A DNA stretch of 43,778 bases, the filler included, from Catajapyx aquilonaris (taxonomy: Eukaryota): NCBI GenBank assembly GCA_000934665.2. It is 2 parts of 2 records of this genome, joined end to end, with 100 filler letters (N's around TTAATTAATTAA, not from the genome) between each part and the next. Parts side by side here need not be neighbours in the genome. Positions count along the whole stretch, not along the records: positions 21,944 to 43,778 come from KZ539445.1; 1 more part is not named here. One strand, written 5' to 3'. Positions 24,015 to 36,242 of this stretch are shown here, piece after piece (position 1 is the first letter of the stretch; each line of letters begins with the position of its first letter). The position numbers and the translations under genes were made by a program. The notes beneath the pieces were generated by a model. That model was not told where the DNA came from. It was given only the letters and a program-made list of their open reading frames with translations, and did not search any database.

Positions 24015-27000
24015 TTACGACACGTCCTGCTCCTCCACGTCCTGCAGCTGCTCCTTCGGTTCTGATTCGCCTCCTGGGTTGAGCAAGAGAAAGATTAAGT
24101 GTTGCAAGTGTTAATGGCGAAAGTGCTTCATGCCAATACGTACCTGTCTCCCCTTCCTTGGGAACCTCACCGTCTCCCTGCATGTCAGAGGTCCACAGGG
24201 TGAGGTTGTCCCTCAGCAGCTGCATGATGAGGGTGGAGTCTTTGTAGCTCTCCTCGGAGAGGGTGTCCAGCTCCGCAATGGCATCGTCGAAGGCGGCCTT
24301 GGCCAGGCGGCAAGCCCGGTCGGGGGAGTTGAGGATCTCGTAGTAGAACACAGAGAAATTGAGGGCTAATCCCAGCCTGATTGGGTGGGTTGGGGGCAGC
24401 TCTGTGGTCGCTATGTCACTAGCAGCCTTGTAGGCCATTAGGGAGTTCTCCGCTGCCTCCTTCCTGTCGTTACCAGTGGCAAACTCGGCCAGGTATCGGT
24501 GGTAGTCTCCTTTCCTGCAATTAGGACGGTAGCGTTAGTCATGATGTCATAATGTCATGCCCTGCTCCAAGTGCTGACTACTGTAACCTACACCGTTACT
24601 TTTGTAAACAATCTGCCCTTTTCCAGAGCAGTAACCAAATTATCTTTTACTTCATTGATGACAGAAGCTAGCCCCAAGTTTCCAACCACCACTTTCGTTC
24701 GTACAAATTCAATTCCTTCCGTCCTGAATATGGCATTGACACAGAATGCCTTACTTCCGCACTAGTTAAATTACCTGGCAAACCTCGCCTGGGAAAATTG
24801 TTCCACGTGCACGGAACATGCAATAAATTAGCGGGCTTAGTGCAGCCATAACCTAATCAATTCCTTTCATGAAAGCAATGCTTTTCAAATGCAGCCTTAG
24901 CCTCAAGCCTTTTCCAAACAGCGTTGGTGGTGCTTGACCTGAGCCAGCCCTACTTCCTCCAATCAATATCAAGAATAATTGCATTTGACCCCTAGTGGCT
25001 TTCAATTTCCAAGAGGAAGCGGAAATGCCCTGGGAAAACATATCCCATAACTTCTATAACAACATTTCCTGCCCTTGGTTTCATCGCTGTTAAGAGCAGT
25101 ACGTCTCGACAAACACGGGGAGACACAGGAACACATCCGATCCCACCACATCAACAATTCAAAATCGAAAAAGCCACTCACATCTTGTAATAGAAGACTC
25201 TGGACTCCCCGGAAGTAGCGCAGGGGATGAGGTGTTTGTCCAGGACTCCCAGAATGTCTGAACAGATCTCCCGCAGCTCCTTCTCCACCTGAAAAATTGA
25301 CAGAAAATATTACTGTCACATGCACGGAACAACCTCTCAAATCCCCCATGCACTCAGCATCTGAGCTATTGACAACCCTGCACTGCTGCCAACGTTGATA
25401 AGTAGCATAACTGTCAACACAATTCCCAAGGGATGCCATCCACTTGCCTTATCTCTAAGCCACTTATGTTCATTAATCTGAACAAGATCTGGCGATAATT
25501 CACTTTGCACAGTTGAGCCGGGATGGCGCCAGCTATGTCACTAGCCAGCAGGTGGCAAGAGTAATACCAGCGCACATGCCTGCCACCTGCTGCCCAGAGG
25601 GAAGCAACACACACTCGCATGAACACACTGCCCGAGTCTCGATTATAGATTACTGGCTGCTAATCAAATATTGGTAACCCAATTAAATTGATCGACTGCT
25701 CTCTTAAACGCATGTCGTACTAGAATACAACACTTTCCAGCACACACCAGAGAAGGCTTGTATACTGACTTGTGCCCGGTACTGCCTGATCATCTCCAGC
25801 TTGTCCTCGGCCCCCTTGTTCTCCTCCTTCTGCTCAATGCTGCTAATAATCCGCCAGCTGGCCCTCCTGGCACCTATCACGTTCTTGTAGGCCACAGACA
25901 GAAGGTTACGCTCCTCCACTGTCAACTCCACGTCCATTGAGGCCACTTTCTTCATCGCCTCCACCATTTCTGCACCAAGAGAAGCACAACAGATCAGTCA
26001 AGTTCAAAAGCATCAAATCCAAATTCCTGAAAACGGGAATATACCAGCTCCATCGCATCTGTTCATCAGCTAATCGGTTCAGTCGCCAATAATAATGAAC
26101 CCGACATGAGTGCGATAACTTCAGCCTCATTCTACAAAGCAACATGTTTTTGATGCAATTAGCGCCCAAAATGGGTCACATGTCCCTCAACAGCCGCAAG
26201 GGTACTCCACTTTGTGCGCCATAATGGATGGTGTGTGGGACTCAAATTGGATCAAGCTTTTATGAACTGAGAATGGCCTGTTCCTAGATAATTGAAACCA
26301 GTTTTATGCACATGCTCCACATACGCGTACCGTCATTTCAACTTTTAATTGCTCTGGCAACAATGTCGCACGTTTAATGAGAACGGCCTGCACCTGTCAT
26401 GTTCGACCCCCATGCAAATAGACTGCTCCCAACCCTAAAACAGGTTTTTCCGAATATGGGCCGTCCCGATTTGTAGTAAATCGCAACTTCTCAATCAATT
26501 GGTTGTGCAGGGGAGGGAACAGGTAGGCAGAGGGAGAGAGAGGTGGGGTCAAAACTAATGATGGAAATATTGATCTCCCATGCAATAGCCACGCCTTTCA
26601 AGTAGACATTTTTTTTCCTCCCATGGCCACATAAAACAGACCGGCCACGTAATGATCACCGGACAACCTGTTAATTGGGCACCCAAAAATAGGAGTGCCA
26701 CTGCAAAATTGTGCATCGGTAATGACATGCGGAAAAAGGGCGCAGGGTCAATGAATTGACCTCGTGTCATGTGGGGGGACGATGGGGCTTCAACCCTCAT
26801 CTCCAAACCTCCCTTTAATGAATGGAGACTAGTAAGCTTCCCTTCCCCCTTTTTTTTGCGACGGCGTGGCGACATCCAAGTGAGGGGGGGGTTTCCAGTG
26901 GGGGAGTGAGTAAGGGAGGGGAGAGGCAGGGGAGGGGGGTTACGTGGGAAAAAGATCAATATATCGACTTCCCAGCTCAAACGACGCGCCAGGCCCTTTC

Positions 27001-30000
27001 CCCTTCTATGATACAGTGGGGGAGGGTACACCTACAAACTGATACTTCCACCTTCCTCCCCCCCGCACCCCCTCCACCACCCCTGGCACACGACCCACCT
27101 ACTTATGCAGAAATCTACCTGCCAATTAATAATTCATGCCAGTCCCTGTTTAACTTCCCCTCCGCACAAGCCGCCCATTACCATTCACTCACCCTGTGAA
27201 TGAATAGACTTATCTGCCGCCCCATTGTTGCCCGCATTTAACCGGGTCGCATTAGCCGCCATAAATATCAGCCGCACAAAACAATGCTCATCATTGCATA
27301 TCGCAGTACAATGTACTGAATTGCTGCAAATTAGGCTGGGCACACCGAGGGTCAACTAGGGCCCTAGATGTGGTTCAACGTTACTAACAGTAAGTCGAGA
27401 TCCACCGCTGCCACGAGACCCTGCTCCAGTTCACGTCGATATACACAAAAAAAGCACTCAGGCATTCTAACAATATAGAGCTCGGTAATTCTCCATGCCC
27501 ACGACGTATATTGAATGTGGTGCCAATTTCCTACTTCCTATTGCCAATTTCCTATTTTTTCCTGGTCTGACAGCTATTCGAGTTATAAGCCACTCCCACC
27601 GCATTTCAGCAATCTGCACAGGGCCAAAAAAACATGCCGTCCAAAAGGCTTGCTCATCTGGGATCTGTCGATGAATCACTGTTGCAGTTATGGGAAGTGC
27701 CCAGCATCGCAACACCCACTCTTGCAATTCTACACGGCTATGTCACTGGTTGTTTCGTAATTCCCTACCTCCCACTTCTTTTGTCCCCGGTGTTGTCTCC
27801 TACTTTGTCCGACTTCCTACACTTTGCTACCGGCCATGGTATTGATTTGCAACCATTGGGAAGTCATTCACCTTCTCGATAAGTTTCATATTGACCATCT
27901 CATCTTAAATTAGTGCAATGTATTGCAAAGAGTGGGAGCAGGAGAAAGGAAACTGTACAGTCACCAGCAGGGTCAAAGTTCAGGGCTTGAGAATCCTTCT
28001 TTGGTGAATCACATGTCTGGCCACAGTCCACTTTGAACAGCTGATAAAACCGCACAATGACAGGTGGCTTTTTTTCCCCCCTTGCGGTTGACATTTCCCT
28101 GGAGCAGGAGTGTAATTAGGGAAAGAGTGTTTAATCATTCTCAATTGGGCCAATCGATTCAAATTGAGTTGGGGGATTTGCATTAATCTGCAGCAGGCAA
28201 CGGCAGTGGACAGACAGCGTCTGGAGTCGTTTTAATAATGGCATTAGTCGCGGCCGTGCTGTGCGATTACATTATCAGTCAACATAACCCACTGAAATTC
28301 TCACCTGAACTGACGGGCAAAGGTATATCAGCATGCTTTCAAAAACTCCCTTACGCAACTACGTCCTCATCCCAACTAATATTCCAGGCACTTTTAGAAC
28401 CTCATTTAACCCCAATCCCCACTCCTAACGAGAATAGCTCATCATGAAGCAAGAAATCAATGAGGATGCAACGGGTAGCACAAAATTAGTCTGACATGTC
28501 TTATCTCCCGGCATGCAGTAAAATGCTGGCTGCACAAAAGCCCAGGCTGCTGACAAATTTGCCAGGGAACAATCCATAACACGTTTTCTGCGATAAAGTT
28601 GCTTGAACATCACTGGAGGTCAGATGACATCAGACCTCTCCTAGTACTCCTATACTTCATGCCGTCTGCTTCCAAATTGATGGGCACGGTTAACATACCG
28701 CTATTTTCACGCTCGCAAATTACCTCTCATTTCGCACACATTAACTCAATTCCGCAACACTTGCAAACTACCTGATGCTCATAAATAAATCCATTACGAG
28801 TTGAACCGTCAGAATCCTCACAAAATATTCATGATGTCATAGTCATTGACTTAACTTCATCGGAAGTTCAACACTAACCTTGAAGTTTAACTACTCGAAT
28901 ATGAGTCATCTCTACCACTGACAAAGGTTTTTGCACAATTTTCCCATCACAATTATTATTAGATTTCACATTAATAATGTTAGTATTCAGTAAGGTCATA
29001 ATTGCATATTCGGTAGCACTTGCAATTTGTTAGGGGCAAAAATCCTAGAAGTCACTTCCCATGTTAACTTGTTAGTTGCAATCATGCCCGTTTTTAATGA
29101 GCCATCAAATAAGTACTGCCAGTTCCGAACATTGTTATTTCTGAGGACCAACCACCTGTTTAAGGGCACCATGGCAGTTTCAGTGCCATGTTTCCAACCC
29201 CAAACATGGGTACCATATAAAACCGAGCCAACCTAAAGTTGTGAAGCAGAAGTGTTGGACATTAATCAAGTTACTGCTAGCTACATTTTCCTAAGCGGCA
29301 GAAGAAGGAATCTTGCTTGCATGGCTTGCACTATCCATATCTTCAATTCGTTCTTCTGCCGCTTTGGAAAATGTGGCTAGCAGTGTGACTCGATTAATGT
29401 CCAACACTGTACAGCTGACAAAATGCAACCAGGTGTATCCCTCTCGGCCTAACAATTGTTCATTGTGTTGGCCTGTGTGCTCTCCACCAAATAATGGCGT
29501 TTGCCGAATACCATTGACTGACGTTACAAACATGTGTTTAATAATTTTGCTCACATTGTATTGGTTGAAATATAGGCCATCACTGCCTGTGGGTGCATGT
29601 TTCACCTACTGAATGTGGAAACATGAAACACAGTGTGACGATACGTCTACGACACTCGGCTAAGTTAACAAATTCTTAGCCTGTCACACCGAAACGACTT
29701 TCCACTGACAATGAGTGCAGTACAGTGTCAGACATTAATCGAGTCATACTGCTAGTGACCTTTTCTGAAGCGGCAGAAGCGGCTTGCACTGCTTGCCCTA
29801 TCCATATCGTCGATTCGTTCTTCTGCCGCTTCGGAAAATGTGTCGATCAGTATGACTCGATTAATGTCCAACACTGTACACCCCTTGCCAGGTGATTCAC
29901 TCAATTGAAAGTGACAGCCGGGGTGTATGTCGGTGCGGTATTCACTGGCATTGCCCGAATCACAAGGCGGAGTTCAGCCGTGCACACCGTGGCACCTGAC

Positions 30001-30436
30001 ATGCCCGCCATGTCACCAGTAACCCCGTGCACTGCTGTTATTCCCGGTGGGACTTGCCATGTTTGCAACTACGACCGCACTCGCTCCGTGGTCATACGCT
30101 GTCGACACTTCCAAACCTGGGTGCGGCGACATGTCTCTCTCTCTCTGGGGGTCCTGTCACACGCGCACCATCACTTGCCCCTGACTCGCCCCTGTGTGCC
30201 AGTGCCACACCCCCCTCTCCCTCCCCTCCCCTGTCACAATCCCCCCCTCCCTCCCCTCGGCCCTCCCTAGGCCTACTACTAGGCCTGACTCATCCCTCCT
30301 TCCCTCTCCCCGAATTCCTTTTTTTCCCGGCCGGCCGGCCATCATCGTCGGATCCGTGGCTGTGCAACGTACCATCGTATCTCTCTGCCTGCTCGGCCAG
30401 CTTGGCCTTGTAGACGTTGTCCTCCCGCTCCGACAT
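24015..30436 (-). CDS. YWHAE: 14-3-3 epsilon, 5 coding exons (30436-30373, 25969-25770, 25288-25182, 24514-24171 or -24144, 24073-24015), 257 or 266 aa
   Basis: [71 protein letters not shown] ... [23 protein letters not shown] ... [13 protein letters not shown]. All junctions are GT-AG and in phase. Confidence 0.97.
29251..29409. mobile_element. Tc1/mariner-type palindromic MITE in 14-3-3 intron 1
   Basis: AGTGTTGGACATTAATC...GATTAATGTCCAACACTG|TA. Confidence 0.75.
29723..29876. mobile_element. Tc1/mariner-type palindromic MITE, second copy
   Basis: TA|CAGTGTCAGACATTAATCGAGTCATACTG...CAGTATGACTCGATTAATGTCCAACACTG|TA. Confidence 0.8.
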
Positions 30437-30948
30437 GGCTTCGGATTACGACGGATTCTGATCGCAGGGCGGGCAGGGGGAAGCTCTTCTCTCTTTTGGG
30501 CCTCTCTACTCCTTCCCTCTGCTGCTCTCTGCTGCTGCCTCGGCCTCCGCTTCGATATCCAGTCGTAGGGGGGAGCAGGCGGCGCACAGAGAGGGCGGAT
30601 GGGATGGCGGCGGGTCGGGCAAGGGGGAGCTCTGCTGCGGGGGCTGGGAGGAGGAGGAGGGGAAGGAAGAGGGTTCGCCGGCCGCCTTTTTGGAATATAA
30701 NNNNNNNNNNNNNNNGGGCGGGGCGGACAAGGAAACTACATGATTCATTAACAGATGGCGCTGGTGTTCGGGACAAGGAGGGGTGGGGATCTGGCGGGAT
30801 CTGGCGGGAGGGGAGGAAACTACTTGGTCAGTGGCGGTTGAATTGATCAGTTGTAATTGGACGGATGGTAGGTCGTGCGGATAGTAGGGGTTTTCCAGTG
30901 AGGTCATGACGTTTCAAGGGTCGTATGACATCAAGGGCAGGGAGCATA

Positions 30949-31335
30949 TCTTCTTCTATATAAATAAAGCCGTTTGTGAGTCTGTCTGTCTGTCTACCTC
31001 TCTGTCTGTTTGTCTGCCTGCCAACCGTCATTTGCCTGCAATGTGCTCCACCCATGGACATAGCCAGGATTTAGGTTAGGGGGGGGGGNGGGGGGCAGCT
31101 GCCCTCCCTGGCTACGCCCATGGCTCCACCCCCAGGCCGGGAGAGGATGGGGGTTGACTACAGATGGCAGGCAAATGACGGTTGCAGTTATACAGGCGGG
31201 AGAGGTTGAAGGTGTTGGAGTAGCAGGACCACAGATGGCATTGGTGGCCGGACACACAGAAAGACAGACAGTTGACGGGGCAGATGTTTTCCCTTCATTC
31301 ATTTCTTCCCGGGAGACGCCGGGTGCCGCAGCTAG
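30949..31335 (+). mobile_element. Non-autonomous Helitron-like element in the left TIR
   Basis: Inserted between A and T. 5' TC...TATATAAATAAAG, a (CTGT)n tract, 3' hairpin CCCGGGAGACGCCGGG, then CTAG. No TSD. Confidence 0.8.
31053..31122. mobile_element. 70-bp hAT-like mini-element with 8-bp TSD GCTCCACC
   Basis: TIRs CATGGACATAGCCAGG / CCTGGCTACGCCCATG. The sister Helitron copy shows the empty site. Confidence 0.8.
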
Positions 31336-31672
31336 TACTACATAAGAGGCGCAAACTTCTGTCGGCGCCTTTGATGTTAGCGTTTCTCTGTTTGGGGCCG
31401 TTGCCAAGGCTGGCGGCCATTTTGAAGTGTGGGCAACGCCAACGAGGTATAAATAGGGCACAGGCAAAAATAGGGTCCGCCATCTTTGATGGTTTTGGCG
31501 GCCATGGCAACTACACAGCAAGAACACGCGCGAATCAAAGATGGCGAACCCTATTTTTGTATGTGCCCTATTTATACCCCGTTGGCGTTACCCACACTTC
31601 AAAATGGCCGCCAGCGTTGGCAACGGCCCAAACAGAAAGACGTGAAAATCGAATGTTTGCGCCTCTTATGTA

Positions 31673-32439
31673 CAGGGTGGGCGAAAAGTCCCAGGACACC
31701 TGGCTTTTTTTTGCCTGCAAAACAAATCTGTGCATGGAAAAAGTGTCGGGATGCTGGTGTAACATCTTCTGGACACTGACGGAACTGTTTGATGAGGGGA
31801 GACATCTGGGGACCCCCAACAACCCCCACAATAAATTAACAATGTTAACAGTGCGAGATGGCGGATACGAGCGGGTTCACTGTGGAGGAGAGACTTGTGG
31901 CTACTGTGTGGGTCCACGAGAGGCCTCATACGGGAAAGAACCTAACGCACATCATGCAGGATATCAGGGCTCGTTTTGGTAAGGCGCCACCGAGAAGAAG
32001 TAACTTGTTCAAGTGGGAGAAAAAAGCATTTATCAAGGGAAGTGTCTTTCACGCTTCCCGTCTTTCACATTTCACATGCTGAATGCTTTTTTCTACTACT
32101 TGAACAAGTTACTTCTTCTCAGTGGCGCCTTACCAAAACGAGCCCTGATATCCTGCATGATGTGTGTTAGGTTCTTTCCCGTATGAGACCTCTCGTGGAC
32201 CCACACAGTAGCCACAAGTCTCTTCTCCACAGTGAACCAGCTCGTATCCGCCATCTTGCACTGTTAACATTGTTAATTTATTGTGGGTGTTGTTGGGGGT
32301 CCTCAGATGTCTCCCCTCATCAAACAGTTCCGTCAGTGTCCAGAAGATGTGACACCAGCAAATCCGACACATTTTCCATGCGCAGATTTGTTTTGCAGGC
32401 ACAAAAAGCCAGGTGTCCTGGGACTTTTCGCCCACCCTG
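31673..32439. mobile_element. Fold-back Tc1/mariner derivative made of two opposed 5' ends, TA TSD
   Basis: TA|CAGGGTGGGCGAAAAGTCCCAGGACACC...GGTGTCCTGGGACTTTTCGCCCACCCTG|TA, with inverted arms of ~350 bp. Confidence 0.88.
31858..32046 (+). pseudogene. Truncated mariner-like transposase N-terminal helix-turn-helix (mirrored in the right arm)
   Basis: MADTSGFTVEERLVATVWVHER...IRARFGKAPPRRSNLFKWEKKAFIKGSV resembles the F...PP....I..W...F...GSV (DUF4817-like) transposase N-terminus. Confidence 0.7.
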
Positions 32440-32444
32440 TAGTA

Positions 32445-32729
32445 CTAGCTGCGGCACCCGGCGCCGTTGCCCGGGAAGAAATGAATGAAGGGAAAACACC
32501 TGCCAGTATAGACCCGTCAACTGTCTGTCTGTGGTCCTGCTACTCCACCTTCAACCTCTCCCGCCTGTATAACGGCAACCGTCATTTGCCTGCCATCTGT
32601 AGTCAACCCCCAACACCTCCATCCTCTCCCGGCCTGGGGGTGGAGCACAGATTGCAGGCAAATGACGGTTGGCAGGCGGACAGAGAGGCAGACAGACAGA
32701 CTCACAAACGACTTTATTTATATAGAAGA
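32445..32729 (-). mobile_element. Non-autonomous Helitron-like element in the right TIR (mirror copy)
   Basis: Reverse-complement homolog of 30949-31335, with 3' CCCGGGCAACGGCGCCGGGTGCCGCAGCTAG and the same A^T site. Confidence 0.8.
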
Positions 32730-32859
32730 TATGCTCCATGTCAAGGGGGTCGACAGATTTTGTCTTCTATCATTGGGGTTACGCGGAATAGACATAAGCT
32801 CGTACACGCTGTGTACGAGCTGATGTATATTCAGGCGTAGTAACCTCAATGCCTTATCC

Positions 32860-32980
32860 ACCATGCCATAAGGCGTCCGACTGCTAATCGGGAGGTCCTG
32901 GGTTCGAATCCCGGGGCCGACGATCCTGACCATGGTTTTCTGTGGTTTTCCACGGTCTTCCTAGGATAATTCCGGGGTCG
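32860..32980 (+). mobile_element. tRNA-derived SINE fragment
   Basis: ...AAGGCGTCCGACTGCTAATCGGGAGGTCCTGGGTTCGAATCCCGG (B box) followed by GGTTTTCTGTGGTTTTCC. The acceptor stem is absent. Confidence 0.6.
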
Positions 32981-33179
32981 CTTCCACAGCTGCTTCCTAT
33001 CCTTGGAGGTTGAAGAGGCAATACTGGGCCAACCTCCCTAATATCAATTATAAAGTAGGGACAAGATAACTCATGTGTTTTGGGAGGTGGCTTGTGTCCT
33101 TAGCAACTCTATAATTAGCCCCGCCCGCTATACCGGTCGACCAATCAGGATTCGATTTCAAAGGAGATGGGTGTTATGT

Positions 33180-33508
33180 CAGGGAGCATATACTATATAC
33201 ATGAGAGGCGCAAACATTCGATTTCCGCGTCTCTCTGTTTGGGGCGTTGCCAAGGCTGGCGGCCATCTTGAAGTGTGTGGAACGCCAACGAGGTATAAAT
33301 AGGGTACAGGCAAAAGTAGGGTCCCCATCTTTGATTCGCGCGTGTTCTTGCCGTGTAGTTGCCATGGCCGCCAAAACCATCAAAGATGGCGGACCCTATT
33401 TTTGCCTGTATCCTATTTATACCTCGTTGGTGTTCCCCACACTTCAAGATGGCCGCCAGCCTTGACAACGGCCCCAAACAGAGAGACGCGAACATCAAAG
33501 GCCCCCTG
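33180..33508. mobile_element. MITE family A, copy 5, with perfect 7-bp TSD GTTATGT
   Basis: GTTATGT|CAGGGAGCATA...CCCTG|GTTATGT. Confidence 0.92.
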
Positions 33509-33624
33509 GTTATGTTCTGAAACCTCAAGAATGAGATGAGTTTGTTTACACTTACACAATTGGTTACCAAGCAGGGGGGAAATAATTATATTCCCCACCA
33601 ATCATTCTAAATTCCATACAAAAC

Positions 33625-33884
33625 GGGAGGCATGGTGGTCTGGTGGTTACGCCACTGGCTACCAAAGCGGGAGGCTGGGGTTCAAATCCCGTCCCCGTCA
33701 CCGTCTGCTTGGCCGGGTCGTTTTCCGCTTTTCACCCTACATGCCAGGGCAGACTTGCACTCCCTACTCTGCCCAGGGCCAGGAGAAAAGGCCTGGTGTT
33801 TAAAGAATGTCAGAAATGATTACCGCACAGCACCCTCCCTTGGGAACCTCCAATTCCGCCCTATCGGGGTAAATATATTTTTTT
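33625..33884 (+). mobile_element. tRNA-derived SINE with target duplication
   Basis: A box TGGTCTGGTGG, B box GGTTCAAATCC, T-rich tail, TCCATACAAAA on both flanks. Confidence 0.75.
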
Positions 33885-34029
33885 AAATCCATACAAAAAA
33901 CTCAGCAAAGGGCGGGGCTAATTATGGCTGCCAAGGACAAGCCACGCCCAAAACGCATGAGTTATCTTGTCCCTTTGTATAGGTATGTCCAATTTTTAAA
34001 ATATATGCGTCATCCTTATCTCCGAAATA

Positions 34030-34480
34030 CAGTTGACTCCGGTAACAGACTTTAAGGGAACACTGAAAGAAGTATGTTATAACCGAGGTCTTTCCAACTT
34101 TTGCAACAAATGACATAGCAAGATAAATTATTGCAAATACGTTTTCTGCTTTCCATACCCTTAAAATGCACACTACTGCATTTACGAATATTAATGAAAC
34201 TATCCACAAAAATGGAAAATCCAGTTGATTCCGGATATAACAGACTTCAAGGGACCACTTAATGAAGTCTGTTATAACCAAATCGTTTCTTATTTTGCAA
34301 CAAATATGCATATCAAATTATTGCAAAATAATATAGGCCTATACACAGTAGTCTGTGGGGTGAAAAATGAGTATGTTATATCAGGAGTAAAAATACACAG
34401 GGTCTTACGGAAGTTTGCCGGGACCGGCCTTTCGAGTCTGTTATAACAGAAAATCGGTTATAGCCGAGACTGTTATATTA
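34030..34480. mobile_element. Degenerate pogo/Tigger-like MITE remnants
   Basis: Two similar starts CAGTTGA[C/T]TCCGG...AACAGACTT.AAGGGA.CACT and repeated GTTATAAC motifs. Boundaries are uncertain. Confidence 0.4.
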
Positions 34481-35619
34481 TGATATTCGGATATGTGCGT
34501 GTGTCCATTTTTTAAAAACCGTCTGCGCCATATCCTCAGCCTCGAAATATTTGACGTCAGCAGCAAGCACTGTTGTCGTCATCATAGTCTTTATTAGCTG
34601 TGATTGGCGTTGAAACTAACTACAGTATATACAGCAACAAGATTGGCAATAAATCACGTGAGCGTGAAGCGTGATTAGAATATACTTTTTCTCGTTTTTT
34701 CCGGTAGACTTGTGCGGATAGAGTGAACCCGGAAAACCGGGAGTGGCGGGTCACCGGAAGTGCGACCAATACTATATTGCACGTACCTACAATTCAGAGG
34801 AGAGATGTCCTAAACGCTATATACTATATCAGCTGGTCTATCTGGCTGTTGTCCTTGAGAATTCCTTCACCCATGGGTAGTTATTGGGCAATTGGGGTAA
34901 GTGCGACAATGGGGCAAGTGCGGAATTGCTCCTAATATGTAGCATGAGGTGAAAAGATTATCGAAAATCATGTAAACGTTCACGACGACCTTTGACCACT
35001 CTGCTAAAAGTAGAACGATCTTCTCCCTTTCGTCACATTGATATAAAATGGCTGCCAAGCTCAAGATGTCATTTTAACTTTTTCGCCGAGTTATGTAAGT
35101 ATCTTTTGCAGAATTTCGGACGAGTCTTGAACTGTACGTAATATCCCACCAAAAACCTTTCTGTAAAAAAAGGCCAAGTTCTCCTGACTGCTTGGCCGTC
35201 AAAAGTGGTGAGATCTAAAATACGGCCAAGTTCAACGTCGTTGTCAATTACTGGCATTCTCAACTTCTTCAACCTAAACCGCTAACTTTGTTTTTCCAGG
35301 TCGACCTTAAGTTCAATATAAGAGGTTGAGGTGTACTATCACGCTGTTATAACAGCGTTATAACAATGTAAATATTGTTCTGATACAAACTAGCAGTCCT
35401 CGCATGGGTTAGTAGTTAGTTAATCGGATTTTGTTTACGTGGTCGCCAATAAGGGCTCGCATTGCCGGTTACCGATTGTTACCGTATTTTTTTTTGCTAA
35501 TGTGCCACCTTAATTACTGCCATAATGAGTGACAATACATATTTTCACATCAGTGGCAGTGGTCATGTCAAAAGAATATTGGGAAGTGAAAACCGGAACA
35601 TCCTTCGTGAAACATTATG

Positions 35620-35742
35620 TATCCTCCTGAGACCCCTGGTACAGTATACTGTACTTTTGTTTTTTCCATCACCTTCTGACTAACTCAAACGCGTAAAAAA
35701 AACAAAGGTACAGTATGCTGTACTCCGGGTCTTAGGAGGGTA
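35620..35742. mobile_element. ~120-bp palindromic MITE-like element
   Basis: TCCTCCTGAGACCC...GTACAGTATACTGTAC mirrored by GTACAGTATGCTGTAC...GGGTCTTAGGAGG. Confidence 0.55.
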
Positions 35743-36167
35743 TAGGCTACTGTACATCCACAGCACAACGTTACAGAATGGTGTGCAATTCATGATGTAT
35801 CTTCGGACATTTTAAAAACGAAAATGGGCAAACAAACTGTTACAATATGCATATTGGGAAAAATTGACAATTTTAAATGCCAAAAATTAAAACACAGTGT
35901 ATGATCAATATGTGGTTTCAACAGGACGGCTCAACACCGCATATACAGCAGCCAGAGAAACAATACTGACTTTGAAATATCGTATTGTAAATATCGTACA
36001 TTTTTTTCCAAGTCTAGTTTTGGTGATTTATGTTGGCCTCAAAGATTTAACACCTTATTTTTATGTGATAAAATGTGCATAAATACCTCAAACTGTTGCC
36101 ACCAGAAGAACAATATTATACTAGAAATATTGAAATATTTTAAACTGTGGTAAATTTTTGTGTGTGT

Positions 36168-36242
36168 AAAGCCGATGTAAATCCGATTGTAAGCCAATGT
36201 AAAGCCGATGTAAGCCGATGTAAGCCGATGTAAAGCCGATAT
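36168..36242. repeat. 10-11-bp minisatellite (GTAAAGCCGAT)n
   Basis: About 7 copies by inspection. Confidence 0.75.

Larger units (their letters stand above)
30938..32740. mobile_element. MITE family A, copy 4: 1.8-kb composite nested element with 7-bp TSD TCAAGGG
   Basis: TCAAGGG|CAGGGAGCATA ... TATGCTCCATG|TCAAGGG; the MITE body lies at 31336-31672. Confidence 0.9.

Noticed and set aside
23632..24140. Extended C-terminus of the 268-aa 14-3-3 ORF
   Set aside because: Read-through into the intron and 3' UTR. The true spliced end is ...QDVEEQDVS* at 24015.
32860..32920. tRNA gene
   Set aside because: It has anticodon/T-arm-like parts but no acceptor stem and continues into a SINE-like body. 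The same applies at 33625.
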